Assembly: GCF_009914755.1 (NCBI RefSeq)
Contig: NC_060925.1
Source of the DNA: the human T2T-CHM13v2.0 reference genome, Homo sapiens
Length of the DNA stretch: 64,000 nucleotides
Strand: one strand, 5' to 3'
In this document: positions 30,880 to 44,798 of the stretch, piece by piece
How positions within the stretch are numbered: position 1 is the stretch's first letter
How the letters are laid out: the number at the start of each line of letters is the position of its first letter
Program-made: the position numbers and the translations under genes
Notes under the pieces: generated by a model
The model's input: only the letters and a program-made list of their open reading frames with translations
Database searches by the model: none
What the model was told of the DNA's origin: nothing

Positions 30880-32636
30880 ATAGGTAGTACTCTTATCCCC
30901 AGTTCACAGATGAGAAGTTGAGGTTTTAAGTAACTAATCCAAGGGGTCATGCAGATTTCAAATTCATGTCTTCCTGAAACTAGACTCCAGGGAAGAGCCC
31001 AGTGCAGGCTGAGAGCTGTTGAGGGCTGTCTGGAGGGAGCAGGAGGTGGGGTAGGGCAGGAAGCCATTGGGATCCCCAGTAATCCAGACCCAGTGGAACC
31101 TGCTTTGAAGCACCCTTCAGAATTGAGAGACTGTGCACAGGGGCCCCAGGAGAATTGGATGTGGCCTGGCTCCAGCAGCCGCCCTCAGTACAGTGGAGGG
31201 TCCCAGGACCTTCCGCTACCCTGGGGCCACCCTTCCTCATGTATGGGTTTTTCTTTCCTCTTTGGGACAACTAACTGATATTCCGTTTTAAGAACACATA
31301 ATACTCTGGCCATTCCTGGGGTCAACAACCTCTCAGAGGTGATCAGGGTAAGGTTTTGTGTGTCAGGAATAATTCTTCAGTGTGCTAATACTCTGGTCTG
31401 CAACCTTCAAACCCAGTCTTCGTGACTGACTGGAGCAAGGCTGGGGCAAACAGTATGTCAGGAAACTGCACCGTAGATATTCCGATGTCAGCACAGAGAG
31501 GATTCTGAGACCCAGACGATGTGGATATGACTTCTGAGTCACCCATGTGAACCTGTGATATGGAGGGGAGGTGGGAAGTAGGGAACGGAGTGATGGAGAA
31601 ATGGTGGAGGCTGGAAATCTATGTATTATGAGGGAGGAATGGGGATGAAATTATGCACTGGAATTCTTTACCTCTGATGATCAGGTAGGAAAGAGGGGGC
31701 AGCTACTCCTTCTCCACCTCCTCTATCGCCTGCATCTTCTTTCTTCGGCTGCAGACACGATCCCTGATTTCCCTTCTGTCTTGGTCAACAGCCTAAAGAT
31801 AGATAGTGGCTGCTGGGACTGATGGCGAGTTTCAGTTACTTTTCTGCCATGGAGACCTCAAATCATCTCAGTCCACAGCGCATGTGCATCATATTTGCTT
31901 TCAACCCCAAACCGAGCTCTGGAAAACCCAGGTTTGAGCCACAGAGAGCAATCGCTACCTTTTCAATAAAGCCTATGACACATAAAATGCTATAGAAACA
32001 CAGTTTAGTGCCATCTTGTCCTTACTGTGTAAATCAGAACAGTCATGGTTACCTCTTATCGTGCATCAATATGCCTTACAAGATAATGGAGATGGAGCAG
32101 TAATATTGTTGAGTTTTTTTCCTCCCTTCTTAGCTTTCCAAATCTTTACTGACTTTTTGAAATCGCTGCCTAGCGCAGTAGCAAATGATGTATGAAATGA
32201 AATATTGCTTCCCCCAGCCAAGCAATGGCTTCCTCATCATTGCTTCAGTATTTATTATTTGAAGTTGTGTTTGGGTTGGCTACACTCAGAAAAACACATC
32301 TTTTTTTTTTTTTTTTTTTTACATTAGACCAAGAAAGAAGGTGAGGAAGGAGAGAAGCAAGAAAGATTTGTTTAATTAGAGAAATAGACTAAATCTGTAT
32401 AGTATCAAAATATTGTTTTGACTGGCATTTCCCTGATGTTTTCAGATTGTCCAAACATAGAAAAGAGAAGCCTTCTTCACTGCCTTTTTGTACCTTCTTT
32501 CATGGGGGTTCACCATTAACTATCTGTCAAGATACAGGAGAAATACCATCTTCCTGTGGAGCTTTTCCCACCAGTTTTTAGCATGTGATGATTCCTGCCC
32601 CCTTTTAATTGTTCTGATCTTTCTGCAGTTGATGTC

Positions 32637-32997
32637 TGCCATGGACTGAATATTTGTGTTCCCCCAAAATTCATATATTGAAATACCCGCAATCAGATGG
32701 TATTAGGTGGTAGGGATTTGGGAGGCAATTAGATCATAAGGGAGGAGGTCTTATGAATGGCACTAGTGCTCTTATAAAAGAGGCCCCAGATAGCTCATCT
32801 GTCTCTTCCACCACGTGAGGAAACAGTAAGGAGATTGCCGTCTATGAGCCAGGGAGTGGGCCCTTGCCAGACACTAATCTGCTGGCATCTTGATCTGAGA
32901 CTTCCCAGCCTCCAAAACAGTAAGAAATAAATATCAGTTATTTATAATCCACCCACTCTATGGTACTTTGTTATGGCAGCCCAAACACCCTAAGACA
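32637..32997 (+). mobile_element. MLT1A-type solo LTR (ERVL-MaLR)
   Basis: TG...CTAAGACA termini, CCCCCAAAATTCATAT, AATAAA; TSD ATGTC/TTGTC. Confidence 0.85.
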
Positions 32998-33758
32998 TTG
33001 TCCAGGATCACATAATTAACTTTTTATTATAGTTTATTCTTTCCCTAATAATCTATATATAAAATTTAGCTCTTTTTTATGTCGGCATGTAATGTCATCT
33101 CTTGCTCTCTAATTATCAGTGGAAAGTAAATCTATGGTCTGAGCTCACATTCCAGTTTTGCGACTTACTACTATTTGTGTGTAACCTGAAAAAATTTACT
33201 TCACTTCCCTGTGCCTGAATTTCTTACATGTAAAAACATATTATAACATATCATGTGTTTGCAAAAGCTATTAATTTTTTATATTATTTTAAAATATGTG
33301 TGCCTTTTCCCTTGCCTACCCATGCAGACGATGAGCTTCATGAAGTCAAGAATCATTTGTATATTTCTTGTGTTCATTGTGGAATCGAGCACCATGTTGA
33401 ATGTTTGTTGATTGACAAGTGTTTCACCTTTCTTTCTTCCTGTCAGTTTAGGTTTTAGCCAGTGCATTATTATAAGCCAGACAATTACTGGAGTTACTCG
33501 AAGCAACAGAAAATATGCTCCCAAGTTCAATAAGCAAAAGCAATAGATCTAAATGACAAGCAACATGTATCAAAAGAGGCCACACATTCATCTTTCTGTG
33601 TGATCAATTTTGGGCAGATGTGATACTACTTTTCTTGTAAAACAAGCAGTGATTTTTATGTTCTGCATAAGGGTTGTATTCTATTTCTACATTTTGAATG
33701 AAGGTAGGTTTTACCCAAGTTTAGTAATGATAGCTACGTTTATTGAGTGTCTACTGTG

Positions 33759-33925
33759 CAGTGGTATACTGATAAGTAAGTTCTTGGGAAGACAATATCC
33801 CCGCTTTGTGGCACTGGCTGATTTCCATGGTGAAAATACTCTTGCCATGGCCAGTTTCAAGCTACCAGTGTAATGCCACCAAACACAATCTCACCTCACC
33901 CACCAGTGGGAGCTGCTCCTGCCAC
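33759..33925. mobile_element. MER63-like hAT fragment inside a MIR
   Basis: CAGTGGTATACTGATAAG terminus; GCCATGGCCAGTTTCAAGCTACC. Confidence 0.5.
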
Positions 33926-36597
33926 CTCCCAAACTGTGTCAGAGCTACACAACTATTCACAAGAATTTTCACAACAACCCTACAAGGAAGATATTATTGA
34001 TATTGTTGGCTCCCATCCTACCAATGAGAAAACAGGCTGGGAAATTATTTGCCCAAAGTCGCATAGCTAATAAGAGGTGAGTTTGGGATTTAAACAGAGG
34101 TCTGCATGACTCCCGAGCCCACTGCCTTTCCAGTGCACCCCACTTCCTCACCACACAGCTGTGCGTGAATGGAAGAATGTGGTGACCCACTACTCACAAA
34201 CTCTGGCAACACTGGGTGAGCGGAAGTGTCTCCAGACAAAGACCCATGACTGCCCCCAAAATGCAAACCCAGCCTTGGAAGACATGAACTTTCTCACAAG
34301 CTATGAGGTGGCTTCGCTGGGCAGCTGTTATCTTGCTCAGTTTTGGCACATTACCATGTGATGCAATCAAGCCGGTCACGTGGCACCCACTCAGAGCATC
34401 CAGCGGCACCACAAGTAGTCAGAGTGTCTGGAGGAGGGCATGGGAAGAGCCCTCCTCACAGAAAGGCTCAGAAGGGACACAAACGCCCCTGCCCTTCCAA
34501 CAGCTGCTGGCCAGCAAAGTACATCGGCTTTCAGTGATCCTGCATGTGAGTAGAAAGGGTGTTTCCAGCACATCCCAAAAAGGGTTTCAGATAAGTCCTG
34601 CAGCTTCGGGCTCTTTCTTCCACAACTTCTCCCTGTTTTTTAAATGGGGGACAAGAGTGCTTGTCTCTCTATAACCCCAGGAGATTCATGAATAATGTCC
34701 CCGAAGGCTGTAAAATGACAAGATGGCAAGAGGCACATAAACACAGTGTTATCATTTTCCTCCACGACTTGGTTTTCTAGATGTTGCACCTTGCTATAAG
34801 CCCCAGATGGAACCACAGCAAACCCAATAATTGCTTTCCACACTGATGGCAGTTTTAAAGAGGTCCCGCATTGTGAAATAATGATATTGACAAAAATAAT
34901 AATAATACCTCGTGTTTGAGTAACACCTTTCTTCTTAGGAGCTCAAAGCACTTTACAGACACAAGAAACGTTGTCAACAGACGGACAATTAATAGAAAAA
35001 AAATGACTCATGTTTTAAGAAGTTACTCCGTGGGGGATAATGGTGCTGTTATCCTCACAAATCGACTGGTGAACATAATATCCATTTCTGGTCTAAACCA
35101 GGAATAAAAATGCCAGGTAGGACAAGAGCAAGGGTACCTGGAGTGAGCAAGGAGATCAAGAGGGCTCCTCTCCCGTCATCTACCTGAACACAGTCTAGAC
35201 ACAGCCACAGCCTGGGACAATTCTGGCCCCAAGTGACCCCATGACAAGAGGCTGCTCAGGGACCCGGGTGATTAATATGACGGGACAACCACCCGCTTTG
35301 TAGACTTTTCTTGAGGCTTCTTTCTGGGGTTCAGATGGAGGCTGTTGAGTCATCACAGCGGATGCTCAAAAGAAAAGAAAATCAAGAAGCCCATCCCCAG
35401 GGCCCTCCTGCTAAATGAATGGCAGCCCCACCCTGCTCCTCACCCACTTCCCTCCCCTCTGCTCCCCTCAACCTCCTGCGTTTACCTCCCGGTACTCACC
35501 CAAATCTACAAGCTCTGCAAAGCCAGCTGCAGATATCACAGGTGATTTTGAGCTGTAAGAAATCATGAAGCAAAGGCATTTGCTGAGAGGCCACTCTGCA
35601 AAGTGCAGTGCTGGATTGAAAGGGTGGGGAGTGAGACCAAGGAGAGGGGAAGGGAAGGGGAGAAGCATTGATTTAAAAGCTGAGTGTGGAATGTACCAGG
35701 TTTGTTACCTGTGCTAGCTCATTTGATCTTCATCAAATGCCCTGCGATTGAGGTGTTGTTATCCCAGTTTTTAGATAACAAAGCCAAGCATCAGAGAGCT
35801 TAAGCAATTTATCAGGGGCCACACAGCTGTCAAGTAGCAGAGCCAGAAGGAAAATCCAGGTGAGTCTGGGTTTCCACTTCAACGACAAGTTAGGGAGAGG
35901 AGCTGAGAGTGAGCGTCGAGAGCTGTCAGAGCGGGCATTGAAGACCGTGGTGAGGAGTTGGAGGCTGGTTGTAAGGTCATGGGAAACTATATCCAGGCAT
36001 CACCCAGATGAGCAGGGAGGAGGAATGGATCTGAGGGGCACTGTAGAGAAGGGACTTGGGGGATGGATTGTCTTTGGTGTATAAAAGGAAGAAGGTGTCA
36101 AAGAGGATCCAAGGCAGCAGCTCTACATCCTTGTTGAGTCCAGAACCCCTGTGTGACGTGCAACTGAGAACGCGGGATGCTTCCCCCAGAAAATGCACAC
36201 AACCCACTCACAAATATCAGTGTCATTTTGGGGGAGTTGCTTGGTTCAAGATTAAGGTTTCTCGCCCTGTGAAGGGCCTGAAGTGGTGAGAACATCGGCA
36301 TCCTGCGTTTGGCTTATAGGACTCTCAAGACAATTGTATATTTATTTTCAGAAAAGAAAGGAAATATCTCTGAAACTTGAAATTAAAAACCTTATTTATT
36401 TTAATATAAGAGAGGAGTTTCCTTGTTTCCATGTTTCTTCTGCAAATCTGATTAGTAGGACCACCACAGATGCCACTAAGGGTCACTTCACAAATCACCC
36501 TATTCTTCTATGCTTACAGATACCTATTTGCAAAAAGGCTACAAGTCCTAGTAACTGGATGAAAGACATTTGGGGACAAAGGTCAAAAACGAGGGGA

Positions 36598-36903
36598 GGT
36601 TGGGCACGGTGGTTCACACTTGTAATCCCAGAACTTTGGGAGGCTGAGGCGGGCGGATCGCCTGAGGTCAGGAGTTTGAGACCAGCCAGGCCAACATGAT
36701 GAAACCCTGTCTTTACTAAAAATACAAAAATTAGCCAGGCGTGATGGTGTCTACCTGTAATCCCAGGTACTGGGGAGATTGAGGCAAGAGAATCACTTGA
36801 ACCCAGTAGGCGGAGGTTGCAGTAAGCCGAGATCACACCACTGCAATTCCAGCCTGGACAACACAGCGAGACTCCCTCTCAAAACAAAACAAAACAAAAA
36901 AAA
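36598..36903 (+). mobile_element. AluS
   Basis: Full Alu with (AAAAC)n tail. Confidence 0.95.
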
Positions 36904-37516
36904 GGGTAACAGGGTGGATCCAAAGTTGCTCTGGAAAGTCAAGTCTCGAATGCCCCAGGAACGTGAAGCCTTCATAGAGCCAGCGAAGGGGGTCTGCGTC
37001 CAGGATGTGGAGCGGGTTTGCAAATCTGGGAAGCTACACAAGAAAATGCCACTGATACACACGAGACAGAAAGAGAATGGGTAGAGGCTGATTGGGAAGA
37101 GGAATGTGCCTGGATGTCCCTGGTGGCAAGTCTCATTCTACCTTTCCCATGGAGAAAGAGGGAAAGACGAAGGAGAGTGAGGAAAGACCTGGGAGAGGAA
37201 GCCCCGCGGTCGTTTATCATCTATGGGGTGGAGAAATCAGAAGTCCCCACAGCCAACTATAAACCCGCATTGCATCCCTCACCCCAGTGCTGATACTACC
37301 TAGGCAAGCTTGGGGCAGTGCGCTGGTGGGAGAGGAGGCCAGGCACCCACCACAATCCCCCCAGGGAGTAAAACTCGGGATGGGGAGGGTGACTGCATCC
37401 AGGAAGGACCGTCTCAGCCCAACCTCACCATCGCGTCCGTGCGTGTCTGCTGGAAACCGGTCTCTCCCAAGGTTGCCTAATTTTCTGCCTAAAATATAGG
37501 CTGACCTGCAGCTTAC

Positions 37517-37760
37517 TCCTTCGACATGCTGTCTGGTGCGGGGGGGGGGGGGGGGGGTTGGGCTGCTGGGGCTTAAGGAGAGAGAGAGGGTTTGGTGGAG
37601 ATAAAAAAAGTAATAATAATAAGCCTGATCCACCATTCTGGACACCCTTTCCAGCTCTCTGCTCCATGAAGCTGTGTGTGTGTAAGAAAAACAGGGTGTG
37701 TGAGTGTGTGTGTGCGCGCACACCAGCAATCAGTGTGGCGAGGCCAGAGGCTTTCATCAC
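37517..37760 (-). other. Candidate first exon of a minus-strand transcript
   Basis: Lies downstream of minus-strand TATAAA (37784-37779); ends GGA|GTAAGC, alternative donor CAG|GTCAGC 11 nt further; contains CA repeats and a C18 run. Confidence 0.45.
37540..37557 (+). repeat. G18 homopolymer
   Basis: Direct read. Confidence 0.95.
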
Positions 37761-37770
37761 TGAAACACTG

Positions 37771-37788
37771 AGTTCCTGTTTATAAACA
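37771..37788. promoter_or_regulatory. Palindromic TATA/forkhead element with adjacent ETS site
   Basis: TGTTTATAAACA 37777-37788 is a perfect palindrome; minus strand reads ATAAACAGGAACT. Confidence 0.5.
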
Positions 37789-38077
37789 TTTGCTCACTGT
37801 TTTGTTATGTGGGGGAATTAACCACAAAACATGACCCACGACGTCAAGCCCTCCATCTTCACATCCTTCATACCGCATGCACTTTCTCTCTCTACCTGAA
37901 AGCCGCTGAGTAGAAAATAATTTCTCTGCAACAAAGCGGGGAATGCCCAGAGAAGAGAAGGCGCCTCTACACAGACTTGAAGGCTTGAAGGGAGGCTGGG
38001 GAGACCTCCCACCGGCGATCACTGACCCATGGGGCTGTCTCTGGGAAAAGTCATCACATGGGCCATGGCTGAAGGCA

Positions 38078-38626
38078 TTACTCTTTCTGGGGCTTTTTGG
38101 AGCCCCAAAAGATATTGGGACCAAAACAAATGTATCTCAATGGCATTTGCGCGCCATACTGGGCAGGGGGTGAAGGTCTAGTCTGTATGAAGAGGAGAGG
38201 AAGACCAAGCAGAACAGAATGCAGCTGAGACCTTGGGATAGAATGGAAGAGGGGATGGATCCGCTGAGAAGCTTTGGGGCTCCCAGGTTGGGAGGACTTA
38301 TGCAGACTGAAAGGAGACCTCAGGAGCAGAGTTCTGAGGGGAGGCACTGGCTGTTGAGTTTGTTTTCCTGACCATCCTCCAGATAAGATGGTTCTTTCTG
38401 GTGAAAGACTGAGCATGCTGCTATTATAGTTTGGGGGCATCCCAACAGCAGGATGCAAGTGTTCTGCGAACCATATTCCACAGAGTGCTGGGGCTCCAAA
38501 GTTACCCTGGAGAGCCCGTGGCAGGGGTGGGGTGAGTCTTGCCCTCTGAGAGCCCTGCCCTGCCTTCAAGAAGAGCAGTTCCTCTTCCATCTGCTTGAGG
38601 CATTGGAGCTCCTCACTGGATTTCAT
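38078..38626 (-). CDS. Single-exon 182-aa ORF of unknown status (possibly non-coding or lineage-specific)
   Basis: ACCATG start, TAA stop, non-repeat sequence, no recognisable domain. Confidence 0.15.
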   Translation of the reverse strand: MKSSEELQCLKQMEEELLFLKAGQGSQRARLTPPLPRALQGNFGAPALCGIWFAEHLHPAVGMPPNYNSSMLSLSPERTILSGGWSGKQTQQPVPPLRTLLLRSPFSLHKSSQPGSPKASQRIHPLFHSIPRSQLHSVLLGLPLLFIQTRPSPPAQYGAQMPLRYICFGPNIFWGSKKPQKE

Positions 38627-39586
38627 GGTAAGAATTCAATCACCAGGAAAAGTTTGGAAGCCTCTGGATCAACGATATCCAAAGTCTCTGATCTCAGCTT
38701 GGAGGTGCTTTGAGCCTCTGGCCCCGGTGCTCTGCACTGTCCCAGAGAAAGGGGTGGGCCACTTTTGGTCCTAACAAGCAGTTCACCAAGAACAGGGCAA
38801 CGGCTAAAAGATGAAGGGTGTCCAGACGCCGATGAGGGATCCCAGGCCCTGGAGAAAGACGGTTACAGGATACCAAGATTCCTGGTGGTTTTCCAGGGCA
38901 TTCCAGTATTAGAGCCCTCACCCTCCTTCCCGAGGTTCTGCGCTGATCCAGTGCAGAAGCTGCATGCACTGGAGAAATGGCTAACTCTGTGCCCAGGGCT
39001 GGACGGAGCAGCATCGCAGATCAAAAGGCCGCCACCCCCAAGAAGTCCATGAAAGGCAATCACCCCTCAAAGCAAACGCTCTTCTTTCCAGGACTCACAG
39101 AGATTATCAAGTCCCAGCTCTTGCACCCCCCAACATGCCCTTTCCCTTCCTGCCTCATTACTCTGTTGAAGTTCCATTCCTGTTCCACAACCACCCAGAT
39201 CTCTCCCGTGCCTCTGCCTTCCTTCCCAATGAGAAGCAGGGGGAATGCTGGGTGCCCATTCTTTAAAACAAACAGGAAGTGGGGGAGGGGGAGCTGGGAG
39301 GATTGAGGGGGAAGGGAGAGAATGGCATTCAAGGACTGGAGCTTGACATTCTAATGCTTTGGGCAGGAAGGGAGGAGGCCACCATGCTTTACTAGGTCAT
39401 GGAGAGGCGGAGCAGGCCTTTGAGCACACGCTCAGGCCAGGGCACCACAGTGCAGGTTGCTCAGAGGCTCCCCGGGCCTAGAGCACGGGCATCAGTTTCA
39501 CCCACTCTGGGCATTTGCTGCCAACTCGGGAATACCCTTCACTTTTCCATTACTTCTGCATGGCAAATATATGTATAGATATTATC

Positions 39587-39620
39587 GTGTGTGTATGTGT
39601 GTGTGTGTGTGTGTGTGTGT
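39587..39620. repeat. (TG)n microsatellite
   Basis: Direct read. Confidence 0.95.
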
Positions 39621-40070
39621 ACAATCAAAACTTATCCTCTGTAGCGAAAAAAAAAAGTATTAATTATGTTTTGGATTGTCTTCATAGAGATCTGAGAGCA
39701 TAATTTAAGTAAATACTGTAGTCATGACTAGCAATGCTATATTATTCTTATTTGAATTTTAACCCTAAGAATTTTCCAGTCTGCTAGCCAAACCAACACT
39801 TGGGCACATTTATAGTTCTCAAAAGCTAAACTCATCCCAGTGTTCTCCTGACTACTATGAGAGGTTTGGAGTTCTGGAGTTCGGACATGACACGGTTTCC
39901 CTGCATGTGTGATGAGACGTGTGTGGATGTGTCAGAAGATCGGCCTTTGGGTCAATGCGTATTTTGGGTGCTGCTTGCTTCTTGCTCCTTTGGGTGTGCC
40001 CAAGTCCCATGGCCTCTTTCAAGAGTTCTGAGCAAACCCATTCCTGTTCCCCTGTCTCATGGTTCGCCAG

Positions 40071-40164
40071 ACATTACTGGGGCAGGAGAAGGGCTGTCAG
40101 CTGGGGCAGTCAGCAAGAGTGACTCTCTGATTGCCCTGGCTAGGAGCCCCTTCCTGATACCCAG
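40071..40164 (+). ncRNA. Candidate 94-nt internal exon of a plus-strand lncRNA
   Basis: Pyrimidine tract ending TTCGCCAG acceptor; CAG|GTAAGA donor. Confidence 0.3.
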
Positions 40165-40353
40165 GTAAGAGCAAACTGTTCCTTGAACTGTGCACACAGG
40201 GCATGGAAACCCTGCTTGTCAATGGATTGAAATGAAAATCCCAAATTCTACACTTTCTGTGACAAACAAACCACTGGGCTTCCTTTGACTTCTTCGTTGT
40301 TGTGGACTATGATTCATAACAGTTTAGTATGTTATGCAACTAGATAATCATAA

Positions 40354-40450
40354 CTATATGTGTGTAATATAGCATACTCTATATGTATGTAGTATAGCAT
40401 ACTCTATATGTATGTAGTATAGCATACTACATATGTATGTAGTATAGCAT
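40354..40450. repeat. 25-bp minisatellite, about 3.9 copies
   Basis: Unit CTATATGTATGTAGTATAGCATACT. Confidence 0.92.
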
Positions 40451-40653
40451 GAACACACACACACACAAAATGTTAGGATGGTGTGTTCCAACACAAAGGC
40501 ATGCACACTCACAACCACACAGCAACAACCCCTCTAAGCGTTCCACAGCCACCAGTGTCTCAATCAGCCTCGGGCCGCCCTATCGCCTCCTCGCCTCCCG
40601 AAGTCTGTTCCATGCACTCGTAATTGTATCGTCTGCATTATCGGGCACATTCC

Positions 40654-41186
40654 TTTTTTTTTTTTTAAGGTTACTGAAGTGAACTAATTTATTTGGTCAT
40701 TTTAGCACCAACAATTATAGAAGAATCGGCCAATTATTTTTATTTTTATTTATTTTATTGTTTTTTTATTATACTTTAAGTTCTAGGGTACATGTGCACA
40801 ACGTGCAGGTTTGTTACATATGTGTACATGTGCTATGTTGGTGTGCTGCACCCATTAACTCGTCATTTACATTAGGTATATCTCCTAATGCTATCCCTCC
40901 CCCGACCCCACAACAGGCCCCGGTGTGTGATGTTCCCCACCCTGTGTCCAGGTGTTCTCATTGTTCGATTCCCACCTATGAGTGAGAACATGTGGTGCTT
41001 GGTTTTTTGTCCTTGTGATAGTTTGCTGAGAATGATGGTTTCCAGCTTCATCCATGTCCCTACAAAGGGCATGAACTCATCCTTTTTTATGGCTGCATAG
41101 TATTCCATGGTGTCTATGTGCCACATTTTCTTAACCCAGTCTATCACTGATGGACATTTGGGTTGGTTCCAAGTCTTTGCTATTGT
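40654..41186 (-). mobile_element. 5'-truncated L1PA (PA4/5-like) with 3' transduction
   Basis: ORF2 C-terminus (TIAKTWNQPKCPS...MFSLIGGN), 3'UTR ending CCTAGAACTTAAAGTATAAT, tail, 67 bp of unique DNA, second poly(A); TSD TATCGGGCACATTC. Confidence 0.9.
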
Positions 41187-41519
41187 ATCGGGCACATTCT
41201 TGCCAGCAAAGAATTTCCATTTTGACTAGGTGTCAATGGAAACAGCATCTTCTCCTTACCATTTTATACATCTGATAACTGAAAAACTCTCCGAAGACTA
41301 GACTCTGGCACCACACATTGTAAATCCTGTTTCCACTTTCCTATCAGCCTGGCTCTGGGGACACGGGCCACAGGACATGTTTATGCTGGGATATGACCTC
41401 AGGCCCTGTCCTCCCTGTGGAAATGCCACAAGAGCCAGCACAGGGGGCTGAAGGTTGTCCCTGCAAGCCACTTCTACATCAGAACAGCTGGCGATAGCTT
41501 CATACAGGCTGAAGAGACT

Positions 41520-42137
<618 letters not shown>

Positions 42138-43407
42138 CATAGGATTTGGCAACTAGTGGTCCAAGGGGTAAGGGAAACAAAGTCTTCCAGCTGCAAGGAA
42201 AATCCTACACAAAGGTGCAGAGGCCAGAGAGCTCAGGACTGTTCAGCAAGCAGGGAGAACAGTCATAGGTGAGAAGCACGCAGTGGATGTAGATCTGAAA
42301 TACTCGGCAACTGCAGACCACAGAGGGTTGCAAAATGTCAGGGTAAGATATCTTAATGTCAACTGTACAGCAAGAAGCTTCGAAGATTTGCCCTCCCGTG
42401 GCCTAAGGCAAGGACTACCCCTCTCCAAGCCCTGCTTTAGAAAAAGAAATCTGGGATGGACAGATGGGAGGCAGAGAGACCAGCTCAGAGGCATCAGCAG
42501 CTATCTGCCACAAATCAGGATTCTCTGGGAAAGGAACAACACAGTGATTAACAGAAACACACAAAGACTCATGCGCGAGCCTTGAGGCAGTGCCCAACTC
42601 TTCTTCCTCCCCTGATCCCATTCACACTTGGATGTGGCATAGCCCTTTTCTCTGATACCTGGCTGCTGTGATGTGTCCTCAGCCCAGCTTTACCTGTGGG
42701 GTCACAGTCTCTGGAACTACGCTCCACACCCGTCACTGTCCTACCAGGGTGGTGACTCTCAGTCACACTGTCCAGGATGCACCTGACACCTGTGGATGTG
42801 GTTTCTGCCTGTCCTCTTAGTCCAGGATGCAAGAGGAGGCGGTGGCTTAGTTCAGGCAGGAAGAAAGAGAGCCTCCACAGGGCTGTAGCCTTGGGAACCG
42901 GATGGAGGGACCAAGTGGAGAGAAGGTCAATTAGGCAACTAAGTGTATGCAGAAGGCAAAGAAGACGGACACATCAAAGAGGACGCTGATGGCCACAGTG
43001 GAAGGAAGAATGTCTGTGTGTTTAGGCTCCAGGAGAAGCCCAGCGCTGCAGAAATTGACGCATCTCAGCATGGGTGTGCTCAGTTGGAGGCTGCGCACAT
43101 CTCAGATTTGCCTCCAGCACAAGGCTTCATTTTAGAGCTTCGTGTTCTGGCACCTTGGTCATGGAGAGGCTGGAGAATCTCCTTTACCTTCTTGCCCCCC
43201 ACCACCTATGCTCTCTCCCTGGGTGATCTTACCAGTGCCCTAGCTTTAACTTCAGCTTTGCATGGGGGCCCAGGCCTCTGCTTTGAACTATGCACTTGCT
43301 ACCTTGCGCTGGCATTTTACGGAGCTTCCTGCTATAGTTAGACATGTTCTTTATGGCCAGTACCCACTCTGGCCAGTCAGTACCCCTGCCACAGTGATTG
43401 TTGAATT

Positions 43408-44295
<888 letters not shown>

Positions 44296-44798
44296 CATCA
44301 CACCTGTTATACAATAGGTACAACTGCTACTTCACAGCTTGACTCAGGTGTCTAATTAGCATCTCATAGTGGAAATATCCAAGCCCAAAGTCTTGATGGT
44401 CCTAAGCCTATTCCTCCCCAGCTTCTCCTACCTCCATAAGCGGAATCACCACACAGCTGGGGCCAGGGCCCTTGGCAGCATCAGCAACTCCCTCTCACTC
44501 TGCATCTCCAACCCATCAACAAATCCTATCAGCCCTATGTGCAAAATATATCCAGAACCAAATCACTTCTCACCACCCTGCTGCTGCCACTGGACCCAGC
44601 CCACCTTGACCTCTCACCCTCACTATTGCAGTAACCTCCCCAAATAGTTGCTCTTTGCCCTTTTACCAGCTAGTCTTCATGCAGCTGTTAGCATGAGCCA
44701 TTTAAAATGTCAACCAGATCCCTTCACTCCTTTGATTAAAACTTCCAATCTTCTCATCATAATTAGAAAGAGAAAAAAGACCCAAAGGTGTTACCATG

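Noticed and set aside
37517-37527. ATG TCG AAG GA (MSKE/D) as the start of a known protein such as JARID2
   Set aside because: Four residues are not diagnostic and the following sequence does not match, so no gene symbol is assigned.
40354-40450. CRISPR-like array
   Set aside because: The units are head-to-tail with no spacers, and the context is eukaryotic.
40872-41195. ORF with clear protein similarity
   Set aside because: It is the L1 ORF2 C-terminus of a truncated copy, not a host gene.
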